NCBI GenBank assembly: GCA_903901225.1
Contig: CAIUQE010000011.1
Location: forward strand, 1,453-65,452
Reading direction: 5' to 3'
Length of the DNA: 64,000 bases
From: Candidatus Omnitrophota bacterium
Lineage (GTDB): Bacteria > Omnitrophota > Gorgyraeia > Zapsychrales > Fredricksoniimonadaceae
This document shows positions 1 through 9,579 of this stretch, piece by piece (the stretch's first letter is position 1; every line of letters begins with the position of its first letter). The notes beneath the pieces are model-generated. The model was given only the letters and a program-made list of their open reading frames with translations, was not told the origin of the DNA and did no database searches. A program made the position numbers and the translations under genes.

Positions 1-2605
1 TTCCGGTGAACCGTTCCAGGAAACCGTGAACATCCCGGCCATCAGAGGGTCCTTCTCGCTCACGGGGACATTCCATGTCGCCGGCAAGCTCCTGTTCCCG
101 GCAACGCAAGGGGCCATCGATATCGACAGCCGGATCTCGCTGCTCCCCCAGGCCTTTAAAGGCATCATAAAAATAAAAAATATCATTCCGGGCCGCTACC
201 TGCGTTTTTCTCCCGTGGCGCTTCCGGTCAATATCCGCTCCCTGGCCATTGCCAGCGCCGACATCACCGCCTCCCTGCAGGGCAAGGACATCAGCCTCAG
301 CGGCGATCTTAATTTGCCAGGCGTGGACATCAGCCTTCCCGACGGCTCCGCGCTGCAGGGCGACATCAGCCTTTCCAAAATTTCCGCCGCGATCAAGGAG
401 AACGATATCACGCTGGCAGGGACCCTGACGGGCAACAAGCTGAAACTGCAGCCCTCTTCCGGCCCGCAGTTGACGTTAAGCTCCCTGCGCGTCGAGGGCG
501 CGCGGCTTACCCAAAAGAACGGGGAACTGAAGGCCTCGGGTGATATCAATGCCAAAGAATTTGCCGTAACGCTTGCGACGGGCGAAGAACTGAAAGGCAC
601 CCTCAGCGTCTCTTCCGCTTTGGTGTCGCAAAAAGATAAGACCATCCGCGCCAGCGCTGAGGTGAAGATCTCCCCGCTGGCCTTCAGCATGAACAAGGAC
701 CAGTCCGTCACGGCGGACATCTCCATCACCCACGCGGCCGCGAACATCGAAGGGGCCGCCATCCAGGCCAAGGCGGACATTGACGTGAACAACGTCGCGT
801 TGTCCATGCCCGACATCACGATAAAAACAAGCATCGCCGCGCCGGATACGCGCGTCAATTTTGACACCGGCCGCCTCAACGCGGGCGTGCAGGCGACATT
901 CAAGGGCTTTTCGTTCAGATCCAAAGATATTTCCGTGTCGGGCAACCCGCACCTGGCCGCGCACGTGGTCTTCAATCCCCAGGCCACGGACCCGCTCGCC
1001 TACACCGGGACGCTGCGCCTGCCCGACTTTACGCTCACCGGCCTCCCGACCGCCGGTGATATCAAAGACCTTCACGGCGAAGTCACGTTCGAGACCGGGC
1101 GCGCCCAGATCAGAGGGCTCGACTTCACCGTCCTCGACACGCCCGTCCATGTCAGCGGACGCGTCACGCGCTTCGAGGCGCCGGTCATCGATATCGCCGC
1201 CGCGTGCGCCAGCGTCAATCTTGCGCTCATCGAAAAGTTCATCCCCGACATCGTCAGGGAACAGGGCCTCGCGATCAAGGGAACCGCCGCCATCGACGTC
1301 GCGCTCAAAGGGCCGGTGGACTCCTTCAGCACGCCGCAGGATGCCGGGATCACCGCCACGGCACACCTGACGGATGTCAGCCTGGAAAGCAAAAAGCTGG
1401 ACCAGCGCGTCACGGCGCTGAACGGCCTCATCGAATACGCCGCGTCGACATTATCCTGGAAAGAAGTCACCGCCGATTACAACGGGAAACAATGGGCCTC
1501 GCACGGCTATGTCCAGAACCCCGCGGAACCTTTCATTGCCGCGTCGATCAGGACCAGCGGCATGAACGCGGACATCCAGGCGAAGAAAAAGGGGGACACG
1601 CTCAACATCGAAACGCTGACGGGGTCTTACGCCGACTCCAGCTTCAGCGTCAAAGGCTCTGCCTTTATCCCCGCCGGCCAGAAACCACGCGTGAACCTCA
1701 ACGCCAATTGCAGGCTGGCCTTAAAGGACCTGCCCACGCTGCTCCCGCCGGAGCAGGCCAAACAGATCGACGCGCTCAAGCTCGCGGGGACCCTGAAGAT
1801 CACGGGGACCGTCAAGGGCGACCCCGTCCAATGGCAGGACCTTGATTCCAGCGTTTCCATCGAAGCTTCAACCGTGAAGATCATGGGCTATCAGATCAAC
1901 GACCTGGCCATTAACGCGAAACAAAAGGATGGCAAGATCGATCCGCTGACCGCCAACGCCACGATCTACGGCGGCAACCTGACGTCGACCACCACGATCA
2001 CGCTCCAGGACAAAGGCATGCCCTTTAATTCCACCGTAAAACTGGAGAACACGGACCTTGCTTTGCTGAAACAGGACACACCCCTGAAACAGCAGCAATT
2101 GTCGGGGAAATTGTCCTCGAGCGCCGAGCTTAAGGGTGAACTGCTCGATATCCTCGACCTCAAGGGCACGGCGACCGTCAAACTCGCCAACGGCTACCTG
2201 TGGGACCTCGCGATCCTTTCGAAAGTCCTCACGATCCTTTCGTCCTCGTTCTCAGGCGGGGACATCATCATCACCGACGCGGACGCGACGCTCAATATCC
2301 ATGACCGTAAAGTGTGGACCACCGACCTGGCCCTGCGCAGTTCCTCCGTAACGCTGCTGGGCAGCGGCTGGATAGGCTTTGACCAGACCATTGACATGAC
2401 CGTCACCCCGCGCCTGGAAGCCGGCACCAGCGGCAGCGGGACCGCCAATGCCCTGGCGCTCATCAACCCGACGGAAGGGCTCGTGAACATCCGCATCTCC
2501 AACACACTCACCGCGCCGAAGATCGACCACGACATCTCCGCCCCGCAGGTCATCAAGAAAACACTCCAGAACACGGTCGGGTCTATTTTAAAATTATTCG
2601 AGTGA
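1..2605 (+). CDS. AsmA/TamB-like outer-membrane biogenesis family protein, 5'-partial; it is open to the window edge and the first in-window start is GTG at 26
   Basis: Frame 2 has no stop from position 2, so the gene probably begins upstream of the window. The 859-aa in-window product is beta-rich and repetitive (DISL/DITL/DISA motifs) with low complexity, as in AsmA-family proteins. The assignment rests on composition and architecture only. Confidence 0.4.
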   Translation, partial: SGEPFQETVNIPAIRGSFSLTGTFHVAGKLLFPATQGAIDIDSRISLLPQAFKGIIKIKNIIPGRYLRFSPVALPVNIRSLAIASADITASLQGKDISLSGDLNLPGVDISLPDGSALQGDISLSKISAAIKENDITLAGTLTGNKLKLQPSSGPQLTLSSLRVEGARLTQKNGELKASGDINAKEFAVTLATGEELKGTLSVSSALVSQKDKTIRASAEVKISPLAFSMNKDQSVTADISITHAAANIEGAAIQAKADIDVNNVALSMPDITIKTSIAAPDTRVNFDTGRLNAGVQATFKGFSFRSKDISVSGNPHLAAHVVFNPQATDPLAYTGTLRLPDFTLTGLPTAGDIKDLHGEVTFETGRAQIRGLDFTVLDTPVHVSGRVTRFEAPVIDIAAACASVNLALIEKFIPDIVREQGLAIKGTAAIDVALKGPVDSFSTPQDAGITATAHLTDVSLESKKLDQRVTALNGLIEYAASTLSWKEVTADYNGKQWASHGYVQNPAEPFIAASIRTSGMNADIQAKKKGDTLNIETLTGSYADSSFSVKGSAFIPAGQKPRVNLNANCRLALKDLPTLLPPEQAKQIDALKLAGTLKITGTVKGDPVQWQDLDSSVSIEASTVKIMGYQINDLAINAKQKDGKIDPLTANATIYGGNLTSTTTITLQDKGMPFNSTVKLENTDLALLKQDTPLKQQQLSGKLSSSAELKGELLDILDLKGTATVKLANGYLWDLAILSKVLTILSSSFSGGDIIITDADATLNIHDRKVWTTDLALRSSSVTLLGSGWIGFDQTIDMTVTPRLEAGTSGSGTANALALINPTEGLVNIRISNTLTAPKIDHDISAPQVIKKTLQNTVGSILKLFE

Positions 2606-2614
2606 TCAGGTCTT

Positions 2615-3235
2615 TCAGGGCTTCTGCGTGCGCACGAGGTAATTCTCGAGCAGCTTGAGGAAAGCGCGCAAGGCCATGGCGCGATGGCTCATGGTCTGCT
2701 TGACGGCAAGGTCAAGCTCGCCGAAGGTGCGCTGATGGGCGGGGATGAGAAAAAGAGGGTCGTAGCCAAAACCGTTGCTGCCGCGCAATTCCGTGGTGAT
2801 GATCCCCTCACAACTGCCCTCGACAACATCCACAAGTGAATCCTTGTCCGCCAGGGCGATGGCCGAACGGTAACGGGCCGTGCGCTTGTCATGCGGCACG
2901 CCGGCAAGTTCTTTCAGGAGCAAAGCATTGTTGGAGGCGTCGGTCGCGTCCTCGCCGGAATAGCGCGCGGAATAAACGCCGGGCCTGCCGCCCAACGCGT
3001 CCACTTCGAGCCCCGAATCCTCGCCCATGACCGCCAGTCCCGTGTGCCGGGCGATCACAACCGCCTTCTTCGCCGCGTTAGCACGGAACGTTGTGCCATC
3101 TTCGATGATGTCAGGCATATTCGCGTGATCCAGGAGCGATGTGACTTTAATGCCACACGATGACAAAAGGTCAGCGATCTCCCTGACCTTGCCTTTATTC
3201 CTGGTAGCGATCAAAAGTTCTTTCATATATTTCAC
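2615..3235 (-). CDS. rdgB: Non-canonical purine NTP pyrophosphatase (RdgB/Ham1 family)
   Basis: The 206-aa product starts MKELLIATRNKGKVREI and contains FGYDPLF. It has the size and layout of dITP/XTP pyrophosphatase. An AGGTGA Shine-Dalgarno sequence lies just upstream of the 3235 ATG. It is adjacent to rph, a commonly conserved pairing. Confidence 0.85.
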   Translation of the reverse strand: MKYMKELLIATRNKGKVREIADLLSSCGIKVTSLLDHANMPDIIEDGTTFRANAAKKAVVIARHTGLAVMGEDSGLEVDALGGRPGVYSARYSGEDATDASNNALLLKELAGVPHDKRTARYRSAIALADKDSLVDVVEGSCEGIITTELRGSNGFGYDPLFLIPAHQRTFGELDLAVKQTMSHRAMALRAFLKLLENYLVRTQKP

Positions 3236-3380
3236 CTACGCAAAGCGGCTGGAGGATATGCGCAGCCGCGAATTTGTGAAGGGCTTTCCTTCCCTATTAG
3301 AAAAAGCCCGAACTCTGAGCGGCGAAGCATATCCGCAAGCCGCTCCTTGAGCCGGCAATACTTGAGTGTCACAAAAACGA

Positions 3381-4091
3381 TCACCTCAATATCTTATTCT
3401 GCATCAAAAACAGTTCCTTGATCCCCTTCTGCGCCAGGAGGAACATGGCATCCATGTCTTTCTTCGAGAACGCCTGCTGCTCGGCGGTGCCCTGGACCTC
3501 AACGAATTTCCCGGACCCGACCATCACGATGTTCATGTCAACATCCGCGCCGGAATCCTCAACGTAATTCAGGTCCAGCAAGGGCTGTCCGTCCTTCATC
3601 CCAACGCTGATGGCCGCGACCTGCTCCGTCACGGGCCAGGCGCTGATCAAGCCCGCCTTCTTTATTTTCTTGAGCGCCATCACCAGCGCGATATACCCAC
3701 CCGAGATCGAGGCCGTGCGCGTACCGCCGTCGCCCTGGATCACGTCGCAATCGATCTTGACCGTGCGCTCGCCGAGCTTCTTCATGTCGACGATGGCGCG
3801 CAGGGAGCGGCCCACCAGGCGCTGGATCTCCTGGGTGCGCCCCGACCCGCCGCCTTTCTCGCGATTGATGCGCTGGGTGCAGGAGCGCGGCAGCATGCCG
3901 TACTCGGCGGTGACCCAACCCTGCCCCTTCCCTTTCAGGAAAGGCGGCACGCCTTCTTCCACCGACGCGGAGCACACGACCTTCGTATCCCCGAAAGCGA
4001 TCAGACATGAACCTTCGGCGTGCTTGAGATAATTCTTGCTGACCGTGACCTTGCGCAACTCATTGGGCTTGCGCCCGTCGTGACGTTTCAT
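3381..4091 (-). CDS. rph: Ribonuclease PH
   Basis: The 236-aa product starts [15 protein letters not shown] and carries [11 protein letters not shown]. It is full length for RNase PH and overlaps the queF stop by 4 nt. Confidence 0.9.
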   Translation of the reverse strand: MKRHDGRKPNELRKVTVSKNYLKHAEGSCLIAFGDTKVVCSASVEEGVPPFLKGKGQGWVTAEYGMLPRSCTQRINREKGGGSGRTQEIQRLVGRSLRAIVDMKKLGERTVKIDCDVIQGDGGTRTASISGGYIALVMALKKIKKAGLISAWPVTEQVAAISVGMKDGQPLLDLNYVEDSGADVDMNIVMVGSGKFVEVQGTAEQQAFSKKDMDAMFLLAQKGIKELFLMQNKILR

Positions 4092-4489
4092 TTGTTTTTC
4101 CCCCGGTATTCGGCCTCGACCGCCGTGTAGATCCCGCCGCGCGGGTTCATCTCAACCACCACCTTCATCCAGCGTGGCCGGCAGGACTTGACCATGTCGT
4201 CGAGGATCTTGTTGACCAGGTGCTCATGGAAAATGCCGACCTCGCGGTAAAAGAGCGTGTACATCTTCAGGGACTTGAGCTCCAGGCAGTCTTTCGCCGG
4301 GCGGTAGTCGACCTTGATCAGCGCGAAATCGGGCAACCCGGTCTTGGGGCAGATGCAGGTGAATTCCGGGATCTCCAGGTGGATCGTGTAATCACGGTCC
4401 GCGTACTGGTTGGCCCACGTTTCGATCGCCGGGGTTTTTAATCCGCGGATCTTGTGCTGGAGGCCCTCATAGGAACTGGCAGGTGTCAT
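4088..4489 (-). CDS. queF: NADPH-dependent 7-cyano-7-deazaguanine (preQ0) reductase
   Basis: The 133-aa product has [15 protein letters not shown] with a catalytic Cys and the QueF motif [14 protein letters not shown]. Confidence 0.9.
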   Translation of the reverse strand: MTPASSYEGLQHKIRGLKTPAIETWANQYADRDYTIHLEIPEFTCICPKTGLPDFALIKVDYRPAKDCLELKSLKMYTLFYREVGIFHEHLVNKILDDMVKSCRPRWMKVVVEMNPRGGIYTAVEAEYRGKNK

Positions 4490-4500
4490 TGTTTTTTCCT

Positions 4501-5193
4501 TTATTGGATCTTCATGAATTTATGCAGCTGCGGCAGGACCCGGACATCCTTAAGATACTTGAGGCAATGGTCCTGGAATTCAATGCACTTGTCCACCACC
4601 CCGCTGTCGATCTCAAAGTGGTTCGGCTGCAGGAACAGCGGCATCGTGGGATCACCTTTGGAGATCATTTCCACCGTCCTGACAATATCGCCCATGGTCG
4701 TCGTTTTGGAAATAACAACCTTAATATAGAGATCCTTCCCCCAGGCCACGCGCATGAATTTGACGTGCTCATCCCAGAACGGGGACAGTTCCGTCGAGCT
4801 GGGAAGCTTCACATCCATGGAAACGATATCGATATCATCAATGACCTTCTTGAGTTCCTCCGGCAACGTGCCGTTGGTCTCAAGGAACACCAGGGCCTTG
4901 TGCGCGCGGACGATGGGCAGGAATTCTTTCAGGAAATCGGCCTGCATCAGCGGCTCCCCGCCGGTGAGCGCTATCGAATGCGTGCCCGGCTGGATATCCT
5001 CGATCGCGTGCCAGAGGTCTTCAGGCGTATACTCCAGCACCCCTGACGCGTTGCAGTCCCTGGCCTCGGGCGCGTCACACCACGCGCACGCGAGGTTGCA
5101 TCCGGCAAAACGGATGAAAACCTGCGGAACGCCGGCATATTTGCCCTCGCCCTGAACCGACCTGAAAATAGCGACGACCCTGGCTTTTTTCAT
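4501..5193 (-). CDS. queE: 7-carboxy-7-deazaguanine synthase (radical SAM)
   Basis: The 230-aa product has a Cx3Cx2C radical-SAM cluster motif (CNLACAWC). It overlaps the queC stop in an ATGA-type junction. Confidence 0.85.
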   Translation of the reverse strand: MKKARVVAIFRSVQGEGKYAGVPQVFIRFAGCNLACAWCDAPEARDCNASGVLEYTPEDLWHAIEDIQPGTHSIALTGGEPLMQADFLKEFLPIVRAHKALVFLETNGTLPEELKKVIDDIDIVSMDVKLPSSTELSPFWDEHVKFMRVAWGKDLYIKVVISKTTTMGDIVRTVEMISKGDPTMPLFLQPNHFEIDSGVVDKCIEFQDHCLKYLKDVRVLPQLHKFMKIQ

Positions 5194-5882
5194 GCCCGCG
5201 TTTTTCCGGATCTTTTAACGACAGGATCTTCAACACCGGCGTCCGCGAAACCTTTGGCCCTCAGCCGGCAACTGTCACAGGTGCCGCACGGACGCCGTTC
5301 TCCGTTGTAACACGACCAGGTGGCCGCGAAAGGCACGCCCAGCCGCTGACCCAGGCGGACAATATCGGCCTTGGTCAGGTCAACCAAAGGCGTCATGATC
5401 CTGACGCGGCGCCGGCCCGCGCCCGCCTTGAGGCCCAGGTCCAATGCCTTCTGGAACGCTTTGAAAAAATTGGGCCGGCAATCCGGATACCCGGAATAAT
5501 CAATGGCATTGGCGCCGATAAAAATAACGGTCGCGCCGACGGCCTCGGCAAAGGACGCCGCGAAACTCAAAAAGATGATATTGCGCGCCGGGACATATGT
5601 CGGGGGGATCGTGCCCGCCCGCACGCCGGCGGAGGGTACTTTGATGGCATGGTCCAGAAGGGCGGAACCCTTCCAGGGCAGCCCGATGTTAACGACCTCA
5701 AAAGGGACGTTCGCCGCGCGCGCCACAGCCCGTGCCGCCGCGACTTCCCGGCGATGACGCTGGCCGTAATCGAACACAAGGGCCCGGACATCATGCCCCG
5801 CGGCTTTCGCGTGGTAAAGCGTGGTGGCGGAATCAAGCCCGCCGGACAAAAGGACGATGGCCCTAGCCATAATAGACCACAT
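5190..5882 (-). CDS. queC: 7-cyano-7-deazaguanine synthase
   Basis: The 230-aa product has an SGGLDS PP-loop and a C-terminal zinc-binding CGTCDSC motif. Confidence 0.9.
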   Translation of the reverse strand: MWSIMARAIVLLSGGLDSATTLYHAKAAGHDVRALVFDYGQRHRREVAAARAVARAANVPFEVVNIGLPWKGSALLDHAIKVPSAGVRAGTIPPTYVPARNIIFLSFAASFAEAVGATVIFIGANAIDYSGYPDCRPNFFKAFQKALDLGLKAGAGRRRVRIMTPLVDLTKADIVRLGQRLGVPFAATWSCYNGERRPCGTCDSCRLRAKGFADAGVEDPVVKRSGKTRA

Positions 5883-6225
5883 CCGCGTTATCGGATTCCC
5901 ACACCTGCACCTTGACCATTTTCAAAGGCTTCACGTGCCCCGCGTATTGCTCATAAATGAACCGGGCGATATTTTCCGTCGTTGTATTATATTTTTTAAA
6001 ATATTCCAGGTCGTTGATGCACGTATGGTCCAGCTTTTCCAGCAAGGCCCGCAGATGCGCCTTCAACTCCACGAAGTCAGCCATGACGCCGATCTTGTTG
6101 AGCTTGCTCCCCTTGACCGTGACCGCGACCTTCCAGGTATGCCCGTGCAGGTTGCGGCACTTGCCCTTGTAATCGCGCAAAAAATGGGCAGACGAGAATT
6201 CGCCCCTGACCGTAAGTTCAAACAT
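5863..6225 (-). CDS. queD: 6-carboxy-5,6,7,8-tetrahydropterin synthase
   Basis: The product has the CxxHGH zinc motif (CRNLHGHTWKV). The start is trimmed from the ORF track's 6309 to the ATG at 6225 (MFELTVRG), which is preceded by a GGAGGG Shine-Dalgarno sequence. The gene is about 120 aa. Confidence 0.85.
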   Translation of the reverse strand: MFELTVRGEFSSAHFLRDYKGKCRNLHGHTWKVAVTVKGSKLNKIGVMADFVELKAHLRALLEKLDHTCINDLEYFKKYNTTTENIARFIYEQYAGHVKPLKMVKVQVWESDNADVVYYG

Positions 6226-7051
6226 GATCAACCCTCCTGACATGGGGCAGATCCTGCCCCAGAAAACGCTTGGCGACACCCCGGAAATGTTCCGGCTCGT
6301 CAGAAACAAGGAACGCGTGATGCGGCGGACGGCGGCTCAGGCGCCCCAGCCCTTTCGCCTCGAGCAGCTTCTTCACCTCGCGCGCCGTCTCGGCGGCGGA
6401 ATCGATGAGCGCGACCCCCCGCCCCATCACCTTCTGCAGGACCGGCTTCAGCAAAGGATAATGGGTGCAACCCAGGATGAGCGTATCAATGTGCTGGGCC
6501 TTGAGCGGCGCCAGGTATTCTTCCGCCACATTCTCGGTGACGCGCGTGTCGAGCCAGCCCTCCTCGACGAGCGGCACGAACAGCGGGCAGGCTTTTGAAA
6601 AAACTTTCGCGGACGGTAAAAGCTTCTGGATCGTCTGCGCGTATTTGCCGCTGTTGACCGTCGAGGGGGTGGCGATGACGCCGATGCGCCCTTTGGCGGA
6701 AACTTCAATGGCCCGGCGCGACCCCGGTTCAATGACGCCGATGATGGGAAGGTCGAATTCCTTGCGCAGGATGGCCAGCGCCCAGCTGGTGGAAGTATTG
6801 CACGCGACCACGATCATTTTCACGCGCTCCTTGAGCAGCACCCGGACATTGTCCCTGGAAAAACGGATGACCGCTTCCCTGGATTTGGTGCCGTAAGGGA
6901 CGCGCGCGGTATCGCCGAAATAAACGATCTGCTCGTTGGGCAAGGCCCGCGTGAGCTCCTGGACGACCGTCAGGCCGCCGATACCCGAATCAAAAACACC
7001 GATGGCGCGCGCGTCGCCCGCCGCTGACCGTACCTCAGAACCCCTGCGCAT
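6218..7051 (-). CDS. murI: Glutamate racemase
   Basis: The 277-aa product has GVFDSGIGGLTV, VVACNTS and GCTHYP, which are the two catalytic-Cys regions of MurI. Confidence 0.85.
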   Translation of the reverse strand: MRRGSEVRSAAGDARAIGVFDSGIGGLTVVQELTRALPNEQIVYFGDTARVPYGTKSREAVIRFSRDNVRVLLKERVKMIVVACNTSTSWALAILRKEFDLPIIGVIEPGSRRAIEVSAKGRIGVIATPSTVNSGKYAQTIQKLLPSAKVFSKACPLFVPLVEEGWLDTRVTENVAEEYLAPLKAQHIDTLILGCTHYPLLKPVLQKVMGRGVALIDSAAETAREVKKLLEAKGLGRLSRRPPHHAFLVSDEPEHFRGVAKRFLGQDLPHVRRVDHV

Positions 7052-8054
7052 GCATGCACCTCGTCAAACCTTTCGTGACCGCGTCCGCTATCTTTTGCCG
7101 GTAAGCCCCATCCTTCAGCTGCGCCGCTTCATGCGGATTGGTGATAAACCCCACTTCGATCAGGATCGCGGGGACCAGCGTGTTGCGCAGGACAAAATAC
7201 CGCGCCATTTTGCTGGCGTGTTCCCCCTGGCGCAATTCCTGCGCCAGCCCGCGCGCCACGGCCTCGGCCAGATACGGGGTGGTCTTCAATTTCTGCGTGT
7301 AGGCCATGCCAATGACGATCTCTTTCAATTCCGCCAGGTCCTGGCGCATCTTGAGCTGGCCGCACAATTTTTTCCCGTTCTGCACGCGCTGGGGCTCGAC
7401 TTTGTCCTCGGTGTTCAACGGGCCGCTGGCGTACACGTCAAACCCCTGCACCCGGCGGCTCTTGGTGGCATTCGAATGAACGCTGACAAAAAGGTCCACG
7501 CCCGGCTGGCTGGCCGCGATGGTCCTGTCGGGCAGCGTGATGAACTCGTCCTTGTCGCGCGTCATCACCACGTCGATGCCCGCGTCCCTCAAATTCCTGG
7601 CAATGCGCACGGCAATGTCCAGATTGATATCCTTTTCCTTCAGCCCGCCGAACCCGATGGCGCCGGGATCTTTGCCGCCATGCCCGGCATCCACGACGAT
7701 CTTGCCCAGCCCGTGGAACGCCCGGCCGCCCGCGAACGGGACGGCTTCAGTCGGGAATACCAGCCTTTCAAAATCCGGCGGGACAATGACAACACCCTGG
7801 CGCCGTTTCAGCGGAGCGCTGACGGCAAGTTTGGTGCTGCCCACCATGACAATATTGCTTCCGACGAGCGCCTGGATCCTGCGGCCGTTGTGTTCCATCG
7901 TGATGGTCTGCGTCACGCCGTCCCACGCGCAGGCCATGGCATACTTGCCGCACAAAGATTCCAGGGTCGTTTCCTGGCCCGCGCCCGGCCCCCGCGGCAC
8001 GGTCGCGCAGCCTGAAACTAAAAGTAAAAGCCCGATCCACAAGAATCTCAACAT
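7035..8054 (-). CDS. N-acetylmuramoyl-L-alanine amidase (Amidase_3 family) lipoprotein
   Basis: The 339-aa product has a lipoprotein signal (LLLLVSGC) and an Amidase_3 core (VVDAGHGGKDPGA ... SVHSNA). A GGAGG Shine-Dalgarno sequence lies upstream. Confidence 0.8.
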   Translation of the reverse strand: MLRFLWIGLLLLVSGCATVPRGPGAGQETTLESLCGKYAMACAWDGVTQTITMEHNGRRIQALVGSNIVMVGSTKLAVSAPLKRRQGVVIVPPDFERLVFPTEAVPFAGGRAFHGLGKIVVDAGHGGKDPGAIGFGGLKEKDINLDIAVRIARNLRDAGIDVVMTRDKDEFITLPDRTIAASQPGVDLFVSVHSNATKSRRVQGFDVYASGPLNTEDKVEPQRVQNGKKLCGQLKMRQDLAELKEIVIGMAYTQKLKTTPYLAEAVARGLAQELRQGEHASKMARYFVLRNTLVPAILIEVGFITNPHEAAQLKDGAYRQKIADAVTKGLTRCMHAQGF

Positions 8055-8060
8055 AAGGCC

Positions 8061-9527
8061 TTATTCCTCCCCCGTAAGGGCGGCGTCGCCCGTCGGGCTG
8101 TCGTCCGCGAGAGCCTGGGACAACGAAACACTTTTAGGCGTAAAGAAAACGATGGTCTCCTCCTTGCGCACGCTGCCCTCAAGGCGGAACGCGACACCAA
8201 GGATCGGAAGGTCTCCCAAAAGCGGGATCTTGTGGGTCTTCGATACCCTGGCGGCAATGATCATCCCCCCGACAACAGCGGTGTACCCTTCCCGCGCGCT
8301 GAGGACGCTCGCGCGCTCGGCCTTCCCGGGCGCCACGGACGTCACCACATCGCCCGTCACGTCGAACCCGGACTTGACCGTGAAGGTCATCACGGTCCCC
8401 GAAGATCGCGGGGCCGCCGCGGCACTTTTATCATCCGCCGGAATAACAGACATCTCGATCGCCGGATCATCCAGCCGCACATTCACAAGCGCCGCCTCAT
8501 CTCCCTGCAGACGGATGGATGACAAAGGATATTCCTGGACGATCCCGACCGTGTCCAGGGCTTCAATGAGTGTCGGAAAATCATCGTTGGCAACCATGCC
8601 GTAACTCAACGCCTGCCCGTTGGCGCCGCCCGCGAGCAGGGGCGAACGGCCCTGGAGCCGCATGCGCTGGTGATCCTCCAGGATGCCCCCCCAGTCAACC
8701 CCATTGGGATGCTCATCGTTGAGGGTCACGTGGACCAGCTTGGCCTCGAGCATGATCACGCGGCCGCGCGCGTCCATCGCCTCGAGGGCCTTGCGGACCT
8801 TCGCGACCCGGGTGAACGTATCGATCACCCGCAGGGCATTGGCCTGCGCGTCCGCCTCGACGCGGCCCAGGCCCGGCGACAGGAGCCGCTGCACTTCCCC
8901 GACAAGCTCCTCGGCGCGCAAATTCTTCAGCGGCAGCGTCACGGCGGTGGTCTGCACATCGATCCCGGCCAGGAACCTGGCCATGTCCCTCACCTTTTCA
9001 TCGCTGTCCACCACAAGGACGGTCTTCGCCGTCTCATCAATAACGATCTTGCCCTGGGAGCTTTTCATCTGTTCAAGGAATTTTTGCGCGTCAGCGGGAG
9101 GCAGGAAATTCAACCGGATCAATCTCGATGTCTTGCTCTGGCCGAAGGGATAACCGTACTTGTTCAGGAACTCGTCGGCCGTCATCACGCGGATGATGCC
9201 GGATTCTTCCGTGTACGCCAGATTGTTCGACTCAAGGACGATCCGCAACGCCTCCCGGGCATCGACGCGCTTGAGGAAAACCGTCACCTTGCCCTTGACG
9301 CGCTCCCCCGTGATGATGTTCAGGCCGCTCTTCTGGGCGATGATCTCGATCGCCTGGGCGACGTCCATATCTTTAAGGGCGAGTTCATTGATGAGAGGGC
9401 TGCCCACGGTCACGGTCATGGCACCCGGAACCTGCGGCACATACGCTTCCTGCCCCGCCCATGATGAACAGGCCAGGGCAAAAAATCCCACAAATAGAAT
9501 AATAGGGCGGATATTAAAAAGAGTCAT
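8061..9527 (-). CDS. Secretin-family outer-membrane channel (GspD/PilQ-like), short form
   Basis: The 488-aa product has a signal peptide, N-terminal secretin_N-like repeats and a C-terminal secretin core ending ...IPLLGDLPILGVAFR. No partner pilus or T2SS genes are in the window. Confidence 0.65.
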   Translation of the reverse strand: MTLFNIRPIILFVGFFALACSSWAGQEAYVPQVPGAMTVTVGSPLINELALKDMDVAQAIEIIAQKSGLNIITGERVKGKVTVFLKRVDAREALRIVLESNNLAYTEESGIIRVMTADEFLNKYGYPFGQSKTSRLIRLNFLPPADAQKFLEQMKSSQGKIVIDETAKTVLVVDSDEKVRDMARFLAGIDVQTTAVTLPLKNLRAEELVGEVQRLLSPGLGRVEADAQANALRVIDTFTRVAKVRKALEAMDARGRVIMLEAKLVHVTLNDEHPNGVDWGGILEDHQRMRLQGRSPLLAGGANGQALSYGMVANDDFPTLIEALDTVGIVQEYPLSSIRLQGDEAALVNVRLDDPAIEMSVIPADDKSAAAAPRSSGTVMTFTVKSGFDVTGDVVTSVAPGKAERASVLSAREGYTAVVGGMIIAARVSKTHKIPLLGDLPILGVAFRLEGSVRKEETIVFFTPKSVSLSQALADDSPTGDAALTGEE

Positions 9528-9579
9528 AAAGTTCGTATATTGTTATTGAAATCGAAACGACTGTCAACTCTTTTACCGA

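Noticed and set aside
196-1370. Overlapping minus- and plus-strand ORFs (196-987, 476-1366, 861-1370, 1204-1845) inside the AsmA-like gene.
   Set aside because: The same GC-driven artefact. The products are Arg/Pro-rich with no motifs, and they are nested in a long coherent plus-strand frame.
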